DNA from: Rebecca billardiae RCC1528 | Taxonomy: Eukaryota; Protista; Haptophyta | DNA: 64,000 bases | Assembly: GCA_965240325.2 (NCBI GenBank) | Contig: OZ251243.1 | Span: 1,240,001 to 1,304,000 of the forward strand | Direction of reading: 5' to 3' | In this document: piece after piece, positions 37,718 to 47,670 of the stretch | How positions within the stretch are numbered: position 1 is the stretch's first letter | How the letters are laid out: the number at the start of each line of letters is the position of its first letter | Notes under the pieces: model-generated | The model's input: only the letters and a program-made list of their open reading frames with translations | Database searches by the model: none | What the model was told of the DNA's origin: nothing | Translations under genes and position numbers: made by a program

Positions 37718-38393
37718 CGCGCTGCGCCCTCGCCTCGACGTGGCGGTCCGGGGGGCTGGGCTCGCAAAGTCGCCACCGGACTCAAAACCTCCGCCATCAT
37801 TACCCCCATTCGAGGAACTGCAGAACTCACGACGGTAAAACGCAATCAAGGAATCAAGCTGCGCTTCAGGTTCGAGTGATACAAATTGATATGCGAGACA
37901 TCCATTTTATCGTGCGCTTCCACGCCTCATAATCATGTGCAGGGGCTGGAGGTCGAACTCCAACGAAAATCTGCTGCTCATCAGCAATTCCAACGGTACA
38001 GACGTTTATTACCCGTAGTTTGAACCCCCTTATACTTCCTTATCACTGACCGATCATATGCATACCGGTTCCAACCGGCGCGGATGATTGTGAGCACCCT
38101 TTTTACCAAGGGAGACTTGGCTATCTCCCTTGTTTTTACATTTTGTTTGAGTCGTTTGGGCACCGAGATCACATGAAGGAGGAGAGATCTCGCAGTCTCG
38201 CGCCGCTTCGCTACTTTTGGCTTGATGAATCTTGTGGGAATCTTTTAACCTCCACTCCGCCGCCGGGTATGTAAATATGTATCTCCCGAGCGACCGGTGG
38301 TTCCTGCGCGGGCAGATTCAGGATTGGCATCGGTTGGGGTCGCCAAAGCCCAAACCGAGCTGCCGTCGTCGCCACCCGCCGATCCACCTGCTG

Positions 38394-39845
38394 ATGCCTC
38401 CGCCCAACTGTCCAACGCCGTCCACGCCCGGCGCGGCGGCCGCGGACGGCCTGCTCTCGCTCGACGAGGACGCGCTGTTCGGCGTGCTCTCCCAGCTCGA
38501 CGCGCGCTCGCTCGCGCGCGCCGGGCACACCTGCTCCGCCCTGCGCGCCGCCGCGGCGAGCGAGGCGCTCTGGGCGCCACACGCCGCCGCCGCGCTCGGC
38601 GTCCCGCCGCACCTGCTGGAGGACGCGCCGCAGGCGGGCGGCGGCGCGGCGGGCGCGTACGCCGCGGCGCGCTACGCGCACACCTGCGACCTCTGCCGCC
38701 AGCGCATGCGCCGCGCCCGCCCCGTCGACGCGTGCGGCGGCGCGCGCCGCTCGCGCGCGAGCGCGCGCGAGCCGCCGTGCGAGTGCACCGTGCTCCGGCG
38801 CTCGCGGCTGCGGATGCCGCGCGTGGGGAAGCCGCCGCTCGTGGTCGCCTCGCTCTCGATGGACCGCGTGCGCGACTCGGGCTCCGTCGACTGGCCGCCC
38901 ATGCGCGACGCGCTCTCGGACGTGCTCGCGCCCGCGTTCAACCTCGAGCTGCGCGCGGCCGTCACGCTCGACGAGCGGCTGCTGGGCGGCGCGCACGTGC
39001 TCGTGCTGAACATGACGAGCGCGGAGGAGGCGCTGAGCGGCGCGGAGCGCGAGTGCCTCCAGCGCTACGTCCAGCGCGGCGGCGTCGCCATCCTCAACGC
39101 CTTCTCCTCCTGGAGCGCCAACGCGTGCTGGAACGAGGACGTGGTCGGCTGGCTCGGCGTGGCGACCGCGCGCGGCGCGCCGTTCGGCAGCCGGCGCAAG
39201 TGGCCGGTGTCGGTGCAGACGAAGCGCTCGCTCGCGACGCTGCTCGACGGCGGCGCGCTGCTCGACGGCCCCTTCGGCTCGGTGCGCTACCTCGAGAACG
39301 TCGGCGCCACCGAGTACGCGCTCTCATCGCGCTTCTACGGCGCGGGCGGCATCGCGCGCGCGCTGTGCGGCGGCGGCCGGCCGGGCGCGACGGACGCGTC
39401 CGACCTGGCGGTGCTCTCGCACGGGCCGGTGGGCGACGGGCTGGTGCTGCTCTGCTCGAACATGCACTGGATGGTCGGCGAGGCCGGCTGGCACGGCGGC
39501 TTCCTCGCCGCCAGCGCCGCGGCGCCGAGCGCGCCCGACGGGCACTGGTGGCAGTACGAGACGGCGCGCGCGGCGCGCGCCGCGCACACAAACGGCGCCG
39601 GCGCGGAGGAGCTCAAGGCGGCGCCGGCGCTCGCCGCGGCGACGTTCCGCGCGTGGCAGCAGAGCCAGCACGCCAACGACAACGCCGTGCTGCTGCTCAA
39701 CCTCGCCGCGCACGCCGCGTGCTCGCAGCCGGGCGGCGTCGCCCTGCGCGCGCCGCGCGCGCCGGGCACGGCGCCCGCGCGCGGCTCGGCGCCGGACGGC
39801 GCCGAGCTTCGCGGCCGGCCGCGCCGAGTGAGCGGCCGCGCGTAA
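38394..39845 (+). CDS. F-box protein with uncharacterised C-terminal alpha/beta domain
   Basis: LLSLDEDALFGVLSQLDARSLARAGHTCSALR...SEALW is the F-box pattern. Confidence 0.65.
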   Translation: MPPPNCPTPSTPGAAAADGLLSLDEDALFGVLSQLDARSLARAGHTCSALRAAAASEALWAPHAAAALGVPPHLLEDAPQAGGGAAGAYAAARYAHTCDLCRQRMRRARPVDACGGARRSRASAREPPCECTVLRRSRLRMPRVGKPPLVVASLSMDRVRDSGSVDWPPMRDALSDVLAPAFNLELRAAVTLDERLLGGAHVLVLNMTSAEEALSGAERECLQRYVQRGGVAILNAFSSWSANACWNEDVVGWLGVATARGAPFGSRRKWPVSVQTKRSLATLLDGGALLDGPFGSVRYLENVGATEYALSSRFYGAGGIARALCGGGRPGATDASDLAVLSHGPVGDGLVLLCSNMHWMVGEAGWHGGFLAASAAAPSAPDGHWWQYETARAARAAHTNGAGAEELKAAPALAAATFRAWQQSQHANDNAVLLLNLAAHAACSQPGGVALRAPRAPGTAPARGSAPDGAELRGRPRRVSGRA

Positions 39846-40265
39846 CGCGCGAGGCCGCGAGCAGCCGCCGCCGCCGGGTAGCGGTGCACCCCCGCCGCGC
39901 GCGCGCGGCCCATTGTCCGTTCAGCGTCCGCCCCTGCGCCCTCGGCCCTGCCCGCCGTCCCGTCGTTGCACGGCCGGACTGGCGTCGGACCGGAGGCGCT
40001 CGTCTGACTCTGCTGCTGGCAGCGGAGATGCAGCAGGCCGCGCTGCCAATGAGCTTTCAGTCTGATCAGCATCAGTGCATCAGTCGTAGCAGCATATATG
40101 AGTCTGCGCTGTGACAATATATCAGTTCATTATTCGTATCCGCCGCGTCGCGTCGGCGGTATCGATCCGGCCTCATCGGAGAGTCTCAGTGGTGATCGAG
40201 ATTCGAGTATATCGACGACTCAGCACAGCAGGCCACGACAGCGCGGCACTGGCGACGCTGCGCCG

Positions 40266-42083
40266 TCACCCCCGTCGATACGGCGGTGCTGCGGCAGCCG
40301 TCGCCGCGCGTCGCGCGGCGCCGCCGGCATCGTCGGTTGTGGCTGCGCCGCGCTGCGCGGCGCGAGCGGACGGTGCGCGCTGCCACGCGGCCGCGTGAGC
40401 GGGCGCGGCGGTGCGCTTCGCCTCCGCCCTGAGCCGCCTGGCGACCGGGTCGAGCTCGCGGATCGCCTTGAGCACGGCGGCGATGTCGACGACGGCGTCG
40501 TGCTCGTTCGAGTTGTACTTCCACGGGGGCGGGCACGGCCGCGCGGGCATCGTCGCGCTGCGCGGCGCGGGCACGATCCGCGCGGCCGAGCGCATCTGGT
40601 ACGGCACGCCGCGCGCCTCCTCCGCGCACGGCGCCGTGCGCAGCTCGAGCACGGCCGCGTCGCGCGGCGTGAAGTAGCCGAGGGTGAGCCCGGCGCCGTG
40701 CACGCCCAGCAGCGTGGAGGAGTTGGCGACGACGCCCACCTGCGCCTCGAGCGGCATGCACTCGAGCGACGCCACCGTCACCGCCATCCCCTCGTCGCGC
40801 AGCGCCTCCGCGAGATAGTCGATGTTGAGGATGCGGCGCGCGCGCAGCCGGTGCACGATCGTGACGCGCGGCGCGCGCCACACGCGGCCCACGTGCTCGG
40901 GTGGCGGCGGGAGGCGGAGCCGGCGGTGCGCGGCGGCGACGATGTCGGGCGGGCCGCGGAAGACGCTGCCGTTCGGCTTGGGCCAGCCCTCCCACGCGTG
41001 CGCGCCGCCGCCCGAGCGCGCGTGCGCGCCCTCGCACGCGCGCGAGAGGCGTGCGCGCTGGCCGTGCCGCGCGGCCGTCTCCAGCCACGCCTCGACGTGC
41101 GCGCGCCGGAAGCAGAGGGCCAGCTCGCGCTCGGCGGCGGGGTGCACGAAGTAGGAGGGCGCGCCGTCGGCGGCGAGCTCCCACATCCGCCCCGCCGCCG
41201 ACGGCCGGAGCAGCTGCCTGTTCACCCCGAGCAGCAGCCGCAGCCCCGGCCCCACGCCCTCGCGCGCGCACCGCAGCGCGCGCGTGAGGCTGCCGACCTC
41301 CTCCAGCAGTGCGTGGAACACGTTGCGGATGCCGAAGCGGAAGTGCGGCGTGACGAGCGCCCAGGTGCCGCCGAGCCAGACGCGGTGGGGCGCGGGCACG
41401 TCGTCCGCCGAGCGCGCCTCCGCCAGCCGGTACGCAAAGTGCCGCGGCCGCGCGACGCTGCCCCAGCGGCCCGCGTGCAGCGGCAGCGGCGGCGGCGCGC
41501 CCGGCCCAGATCGCATCTCGCCGCCGCCGCCGCCGCCGCCGCCGAGCAGGTAGAGCGTGCGGTTGAACCAGCACACGTCCTGCGCGGCGAGCATCTGCTT
41601 GCCGTCGCCCTCGCGGCACGCGCGGATCGAGCAGCGCGACGTCGCGCCGGGCGGCGCGGGCTCCGCGCCCTCGGCGGCGGCGAGCGCGCGCGCAGACTCG
41701 ACGGTGAGCGGCTGCTGCCACAGCCGCGCGGCCACCGCCGGGTCCGGGTCCATGGCGAAGGGCGCGCACTGCGCGGTGCGGAAGCGGATCGTGTCGGGGG
41801 CGAAGCGGATCCCCTCGCGCACCGCCGACGTCACGTGCGGCCGGCCGTCGCCCGGCGGCGCCGCCGGCTCGGCGGCATCGGCCGGCGCGGCCGGCGCGAC
41901 GCGCACCGCCGCGCCCGGCGCCGCGTCGCCGGCGCGCTGCGCGGCGAAGGGCAGGGCGAGCAGGGCGCAGCCGAGCACGAGCGCGAACGCGGGCAGCGCC
42001 GCGTGCGCGCAGCCGCTCGCGCCCTCGCGCGCCGCCGCCGCGCGCCGCGGCGAGCTCGCTCCCGCGCCGTGATTCGGCTCCAT
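40266..42083 (-). CDS. Glycosyltransferase family 61 (DUF563) protein
   Basis: Type II TM anchor; PRVTIVHR...RRILN...MPLEAQV...LLGVHGAGLT...VLEL. Confidence 0.85.
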   Translation of the reverse strand: MEPNHGAGASSPRRAAAAREGASGCAHAALPAFALVLGCALLALPFAAQRAGDAAPGAAVRVAPAAPADAAEPAAPPGDGRPHVTSAVREGIRFAPDTIRFRTAQCAPFAMDPDPAVAARLWQQPLTVESARALAAAEGAEPAPPGATSRCSIRACREGDGKQMLAAQDVCWFNRTLYLLGGGGGGGGEMRSGPGAPPPLPLHAGRWGSVARPRHFAYRLAEARSADDVPAPHRVWLGGTWALVTPHFRFGIRNVFHALLEEVGSLTRALRCAREGVGPGLRLLLGVNRQLLRPSAAGRMWELAADGAPSYFVHPAAERELALCFRRAHVEAWLETAARHGQRARLSRACEGAHARSGGGAHAWEGWPKPNGSVFRGPPDIVAAAHRRLRLPPPPEHVGRVWRAPRVTIVHRLRARRILNIDYLAEALRDEGMAVTVASLECMPLEAQVGVVANSSTLLGVHGAGLTLGYFTPRDAAVLELRTAPCAEEARGVPYQMRSAARIVPAPRSATMPARPCPPPWKYNSNEHDAVVDIAAVLKAIRELDPVARRLRAEAKRTAAPAHAAAWQRAPSARAAQRGAATTDDAGGAARRAATAAAAPPYRRG

Positions 42084-42216
42084 CGTGCGCTTCCCTTCAG
42101 CCGTTGCATCGGCAGGCGGCAGATTCGTCAATGCCGACAGCCAAAGCGACTCTTGTCGTTCAGTCTTCAAGCCGTGTTCAGCGGGTGGGAGGGCTGGGCA
42201 TTCGGTAACGACCACG

Positions 42217-43482
42217 ATGGCGCTGCCGCCCAACTACTACGAGCGCCTGGAGCTCGAGCGCGATGCGACGCCGCAGGAGGTGAGCAAGGCGTTCAGGAAG
42301 CTGGCGCTGAAGCACCACCCGGACAAGCACGCCAACTCGGAGGAGGCGCAGCTCGCCTTCAAGCACATCGCCGAGGCGTACGAAGTGCTCTCGAGCGCCA
42401 AGCTGCGCGCGCTGTACGACCAGTACGGGGAGGCGGGGCTCAAGGACGGCGTGCCCGACGGGCAGGGCGGGCTGGTGGGCGGGAGCTACCGGTTCTCGGG
42501 CGACGCGCAGCGCATCTTCGAGACCTTCTTCGGCTCGGCCTCGCCCTTTGCAGACATCTTTGGCGGTGCGCGGCGCGCGGCGCGCGAGTCGCGACGCGTG
42601 CGCCCTCGCCGCGCCGCGCCGCGCCCGCCGAGCCGCGCGCCGCCCTGCACGGCTGGCTGCGCTGCCGCGCGCAGAGCTGAAAGACCCGACGTCCTCGACG
42701 GGCGACGCCTCCGCGCCCGAGTTCTACGGCCAGCTCACCTCGCTCGCCAAGCCGGTCGTCCCGCAGCAGCCGCGCGCAATCTCGCGCAATCTCGCCGTCT
42801 CGCTCGCGCAGCTGTACACGGGCGACTCGCTCACGGTGCCGCACGCGCGCAAGCGGCTGAACGCGGACGGCGTGACGACGCGGCTCGAGACCACCGAGCT
42901 CAACATCCAGATCGAGCCCGGCTTCGCCAGCGGCACCAAGATCGTGTTCCCGCAGATGGGCGACGAGGGCCCAGCGGTCACGCCCGCAGACGTGGTGTAC
43001 ACGCTCAAGGAGAGCGCCTCCGCCTCCGCCTCCGCCTCGGCCTCGGCCTCGGCGGCGGGGGAGAAGGGGCCGACGGCGTACCGGCGCGCGGGGAACGACC
43101 TGGTGTACACGGCGAGGATCTCGCTCACGGTGCGAACGCGCCGCCGCGCGCTCATCGCGCACGCCCGCTCGAGGCTCAGCCGCGCGCCCACGGGTCTGCG
43201 CCGCCCGCCCCTCTCCCGCCCACCTGCGGCCGCGCGGCGCGCGCGCAGGACGCGCTGTGCGGCTGCCTGCTCGCGCTCGAGACGCTCGACGGGCGCACGC
43301 TCTCGATCGGCGTGACCGAGGTGGTCGGGCCCACCACCGTCAAGAAGGTGGTGGGCGAGGGCATGCCCATCCCGCACCGGAAGGGCGAGAAGGGCGACCT
43401 TCTGATCGAGTTCGACATCCGCTTCCCGGAGAAGCTCACGCCCAAGCAGCGCGCGGCCGTGAAGGCGGTCAAGATGGCGTGA
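42217..43482 (+). CDS. DNAJB13: Type II DnaJ, DNAJB13/radial spoke RSP16-like; 3 exons
   Basis: J domain with HPDK, YGEAGLKDGVP...YRFSGDAQRIFETFFG, GTKIVFPQMGDEGP, GEGMP...KGDLLIEFDIRFP. Confidence 0.8.
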   Translation: MALPPNYYERLELERDATPQEVSKAFRKLALKHHPDKHANSEEAQLAFKHIAEAYEVLSSAKLRALYDQYGEAGLKDGVPDGQGGLVGGSYRFSGDAQRIFETFFGSASPFADIFGGARRAARESRRVRPRRAAPRPPSRAPPCTAGCAAARRAERPDVLDGRRLRARVLRPAHLARQAGRPAAAARNLAQSRRLARAAVHGRLAHGAARAQAAERGRRDDAARDHRAQHPDRARLRQRHQDRVPADGRRGPSGHARRRGVHAQGERLRLRLRLGLGLGGGGEGADGVPARGERPGVHGEDLAHGANAPPRAHRARPLEAQPRAHGSAPPAPLPPTCGRAARAQDALCGCLLALETLDGRTLSIGVTEVVGPTTVKKVVGEGMPIPHRKGEKGDLLIEFDIRFPEKLTPKQRAAVKAVKMA

Positions 43483-43884
43483 CGGCGCGGGGCGTCGTGG
43501 GACGTCGTACTCGCGCCGTGAGCCGCGTCGGCTCGCGCCGCAGGCGGACGGCCGACTAATGTCCTACTCGGCGCGGAGTTGCGTCCCGGTTGAACTTGAG
43601 ACTGCGTGATGAGTTGATGCGAGACTTCGGAGGCTGCGGCGGCCCCACCGCTAGTCACGTCTGCTGACTGCTGGCGCTGAGTGAGTCGCTGACTCACATC
43701 GTCCGCCGACGAGCGACCCGACTACCGGCCGCCAGCGGCGGCCTACGAGCGCCCCGTAGGCCGTACTCCCGGGATCAGTCCGCCGCGGGCGGTCAGACGT
43801 CCGCGGTCACGGGCAGTGCCCCGTCAGGCGGACGAATAACATTAACTATACGACTTCATCGATCGTAGTCCGATTATTGATGAT

Positions 43885-44741
43885 GACCCGTTGCAAGCGT
43901 GAGCGCCGAAAAAACGACACTTCGGCGGCCTAGAGTGACGATACAGTCTTGCAGGCGGCGGCGGCGGCGGCGGGAGCGTGACAGTGCGTCTACCATCACC
44001 TTCCGTCTAGCGCGCTACGCCGCGCGTGCCGGGTAGTGCCCCCGGCCCGCCGCAGCAGCAGCCTCGACAAGTGAAGAGACGATGACCGCGGACGCAGTGC
44101 CGCCGAGTACAGCCTGCATCCACTTGCCGCGCGGCGCGCACTGTAGTTGCACTTGCAGCGCTCGCGCTCGGCGAGCATGGGCGTGCGCTCAGGCGTGGCA
44201 AGTGCTGTCTCGTCGGCGCGCTTTCGCCTGCCACCTCGTGCACCCGTGCACGCAGCTTCATCGTCTTCATGAGGACTGCTGTGCTGCTGTCGCCATCACC
44301 CGAGTCCGAGTCGCGCGCGGCGCGCGCGGTGGCAGCTGTGCACCGCAGAGTGTCACCGCTGCTGCTTCGCAGCAGTCATCAGCAGCTGCGTCGTCATCCT
44401 CCTCGTCGTCGGCTTCCACTGCCGCAAGAGGGAACGCTGCCAAAGCTGCAGTTGGGAGGCAAGCCCTTCTCTCTTCCCACCGCGGCGCGCGCGCTGCGAC
44501 AGCCCTCCCCGTTTCCTTCTCTTGACCACCTGCTGAGGGTTTTGCAGCTCGATCTCGGCAACGGCAGCACCTGGCGACGAACGGATTGGATTGGTGCACG
44601 GGGAATTGGATTCCCCGTGCACCAATCCGCTCGGCTCGTCGCGCCCGGCAGCCATCGCCCAGCGCTAGTTGCAAAACCGTATTTTCACCGGTACGTCGCA
44701 TTTTCACCGCCCTGTACGGTCACTCACCCGTGCAACGGGTC
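43885..44741. mobile_element. Non-autonomous TIR element (857 bp) with an internal 19-bp hairpin
   Basis: TIR GACCCGTTGCA (43885-43895 and 44731-44741), TGATGAT on both flanks, perfect hairpin at 44588-44628. Confidence 0.7.
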
Positions 44742-45080
44742 TGATGATGACGATATATATGCTGACACTACGATCATCGTCGATCGACTATTAGTTATTC
44801 GTCTCGGACTGGCGGGTCTGCGGGCGGCACTGGGGCCCGTGGGCCTTATGAGTTATGGCACGCGGACGCGACTCAGTCTGCTGCACTCAGCACTGTCTGC
44901 AGTCAGACTCAGCAGTATATAGACGATCGACGCGTATTCAGTCCGTAGTATCGGCTGCTGACCCGCAGCTCGGACCGTGACTCGTGAGTACCGGATCGTC
45001 AGCGCCGTCCCGGACTACTGAGCCGTATAGTCGCCCGGCTCGGCTCACTTCGCGGCGCGGCCCGGTCGACGCAGGGCGTC

Positions 45081-45345
45081 GTGTGTGGGGGTAGACGGTG
45101 CCGCCACCCCACCCCGCCTCCCCAGCCCTCCCCAGCCCTCGTCCCTGATTCTCAGACGAGCCACATCGAGCCACATCGAGCCACGTCGAGCCACGTCGAG
45201 CCACATCGAGCCACCCCGCCGCCACCCCACCCCGCCTCCCCAGCCCTCCCAGCCCTCCACCGAGTCTACGGCTCGTCATCCCCGATTCTCAGTCGAGCCA
45301 CGACGACCCCCGCCGAGCCTTCGGTGCCGCCGCCCCACCCCGCCC
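45081..45345 (+). repeat. Left terminal inverted repeat of the PLV
   Basis: Starts GTGTGTGGGGGTAGACGGTGCCGCCACCCC; about 53 bp identical to the reverse complement of the right end, then modular CGAGCCAC(A/G)T repeats. Confidence 0.92.
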
Positions 45346-45414
45346 ACGACCCACGACGACCCACGACGACCCACGACGACCCACGAGCCACCATCCCACC
45401 ACGAGCCCCGAGCC

Positions 45415-45755
45415 GCCCCACGAAGCCCCACGAAGCCCCACGAAGCCCCACCGTACTGAACTCATTTTTGAGCATCCGGACTCATGTGCAGTTAAAGGAT
45501 AGCGACCCTCATGAAAAGCGCCCTCACAGAGCCCCACGAAGCCCCACGAAGCCCGTGGCGGTTCGTAGTTAAAGACAAGCGGTCTAGGTGAAAAAGCGCC
45601 CTCACGGAGCCCCACGAAGCCCCCACGAAGCCCGTGGCGGTTCGTAGTTAAAGACAAGCGGTCTAGGTGAAAAAGCGCCCTCACGGAGCCCCACGAAGCC
45701 CCACGAAGCCCCACGGCTCGTAGTTAAAGACAAGCGGCCTAGGTGAAAAAGCGAC
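45415..45755 (+). repeat. Iteron-like direct repeats upstream of the Rep-like gene
   Basis: GCCCCACGAA decamers plus three 76-79 bp units with GTAGTTAAAGACAAGCGG(T/C)CTAGGTGAAAAAGCG at 45565, 45644 and 45720. Confidence 0.85.
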
Positions 45756-45766
45756 CGAAGCGGAAT

Positions 45767-46714
45767 ATGCCGTCCAAGCACACTCCGCTCGCGCGATCGC
45801 ACTGGGAGTTCGTTTTTGCGGGCTGCGATGAGCACAACGCCCTGCACGAGCACGTGAAGGCAAAGACGCTCGACACGCTCGAGGGCGGGAAGCACGGCCG
45901 GCTGACGTCAGCGAGCACGCTCGAGGGCATCACGCTCGTCCTCACGCTCGACTACCGCCGCTCGTGCCGCGTGCAGGAGATCAACGGCGAGGTGCGCATG
46001 CCCTCCCTCAAGTTTGGCACTGCCTTCGCCAAGATCAAGCACGGCTTCAACACGCCGTGCGCGGAGTACTTTGCGAGGCGCGAGGCGAAGCTGCTGGGGC
46101 AAGTCGACGTGCTCCAGACGTCCACGTTCGACCCGCTCCCGACGAGCTCGCTCCCACCGCCGTTGCTCTTCGAGCCCAACGTGATGCAGAAGGAGTGGAT
46201 GGAGACCTTTGCCAAGCCCTTCCCGCAGGACGCGACGGCGAACACGGTCTGGTTCGCGAGCGACAAGACTGGCCAGATCGGCAAGTCGACGATGTGCGAC
46301 TACATATCGGAGCAGCCCATGTCCACGGGCGTGCTCCCCCTCATCGAGTACTACGACATCCCAGGCAGCACGCGAGCGATCATCGTCGCACGCCTCCGCA
46401 ACGGGCCCATCGATCACATTTTCTTTGACCTGACGAAGATCACGACTTTGGTGGGCGTGCCGAACTGGTTCTGGGGCCTGCTCGAGAACCTGGCGGGTGG
46501 GAAGGTGCCGGGCACGTCGAAGATCCCGTTCAAGCGCATCCGCAAGCCGTGGGTGATCGTCGCGGCGAACTTTGCGCCGGACGTCGAGGTGATCAACCAG
46601 CGCAAGCGCATGATCGTCGTTGACGTGAACGAGACCTACACGCCTGAGGAGCTCAACACGGGTGCTCCAGGCGCTCGCTACCCGGAGCTTCCGAAGCGCT
46701 TCAAGGTTTCTTAG
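45767..46714 (+). CDS. SF3 helicase resembling a CRESS-DNA virus Rep
   Basis: Walker A VWFASDKTGQIGKST, Walker B HIFFDL, motif C PWVIVAANFAPD, Arg-finger-like RKRMIVV; 315 aa. Confidence 0.75.
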   Translation: MPSKHTPLARSHWEFVFAGCDEHNALHEHVKAKTLDTLEGGKHGRLTSASTLEGITLVLTLDYRRSCRVQEINGEVRMPSLKFGTAFAKIKHGFNTPCAEYFARREAKLLGQVDVLQTSTFDPLPTSSLPPPLLFEPNVMQKEWMETFAKPFPQDATANTVWFASDKTGQIGKSTMCDYISEQPMSTGVLPLIEYYDIPGSTRAIIVARLRNGPIDHIFFDLTKITTLVGVPNWFWGLLENLAGGKVPGTSKIPFKRIRKPWVIVAANFAPDVEVINQRKRMIVVDVNETYTPEELNTGAPGARYPELPKRFKVS

Positions 46715-46849
46715 GCTTCTTTAGCGGTGTCGCCTTAGGAGCAGGCGCCAAGAACGCAAGCCAAATGAACTGGCCAATGCTAGTTCCAACTACAAGCGCA
46801 AACAGCAGAGCACACCACATAGGAGCGGCTAAGATTTGATTAAATTTGA

Positions 46850-47653
46850 TTAAGCAGATCCACGAAGCGATGCCAGCGCCTCGGCAGCATCCCTCTCTCG
46901 CAGGATTTCTCGGACGAGATTTACTCTGATCTTTAGATTTGACGCAATTGTCTGCTCTAGAAATTCGGGAGTCCAGCCCAGCTGATTAGATCTCGTCAAG
47001 AATGAATTGAGGTATGAATTGATTCTGCCTTCGGCAATAGCCTTGTTAGTAGTTCGAGTGGAGCTTCTAACTACAGGCAGTTCATTATCAACGGATGCAC
47101 CCCCAGACAAGTCCGGTACTGACGGGACTCTGGACCTGGCAGAACTGGAGCGGCTTGGTCCGGCGGGGGAAGGCGTCGCGGGCACGAGGATCTTCGCGGG
47201 CGTTGTGGGCGCCGTCGCGGGTCTCCCCGCAGGACGATTGGCGGAGTCAGAGCTCGTCATAGTAGGCGCCGGCTGCGACCGCACCACCAGCCGCGAGATC
47301 GGCTGACCGCTGGCATCGCGTTGCGGGAATTTTAGGTGCTTTGCATCGTAGTGGCCCTCATCCGTCGTGAACTGGCCGAGGTCGTACACGCCGGGGGCGA
47401 CGCGCCCAAAGCTGGTCTTGGTCTTTTGGGGTGGCCCTCGCCTGGCTATCGTGACCAGCGCAGGCAATATCATGGGTTTCTTGTGGTGCACGAGCTTACG
47501 CGAGCTTGGACCTGGATGCAAGCCTGACCACCACCCGTCTTTCTTACCTCGATGATGCATGGCGCCGGCATACGGCGTGCCGTTCAGCGTGAAGTGGGTC
47601 ACTCGCGCTGGCACCGTGTCGCGGAAGGTATGATGATGGACTGCAGTCGCCAT
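46850..47653 (-). CDS. PLV hypothetical protein (267 aa)
   Basis: ATG in AT-rich context, fills the gap between viral genes; no motif recognised. Confidence 0.6.
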   Translation of the reverse strand: MATAVHHHTFRDTVPARVTHFTLNGTPYAGAMHHRGKKDGWWSGLHPGPSSRKLVHHKKPMILPALVTIARRGPPQKTKTSFGRVAPGVYDLGQFTTDEGHYDAKHLKFPQRDASGQPISRLVVRSQPAPTMTSSDSANRPAGRPATAPTTPAKILVPATPSPAGPSRSSSARSRVPSVPDLSGGASVDNELPVVRSSTRTTNKAIAEGRINSYLNSFLTRSNQLGWTPEFLEQTIASNLKIRVNLVREILRERDAAEALASLRGSA

Positions 47654-47670
47654 ATTAATGCTACCGCGGA

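Noticed and set aside
1-44000. Numerous long Arg/Ala/Pro-rich ORFs overlapping the called genes
   Set aside because: Shadow ORFs caused by extreme GC content and stop-codon scarcity; no motifs.
45070-45085. Target-site duplication for the PLV
   Set aside because: Tested termini at 45080-45084 against 61648-61652; no 5-6 bp direct match.
45500-45755. Repeat array as a CRISPR
   Set aside because: The intervening sequences are themselves repeated, with no unique spacers and no cas genes; eukaryotic viral context.
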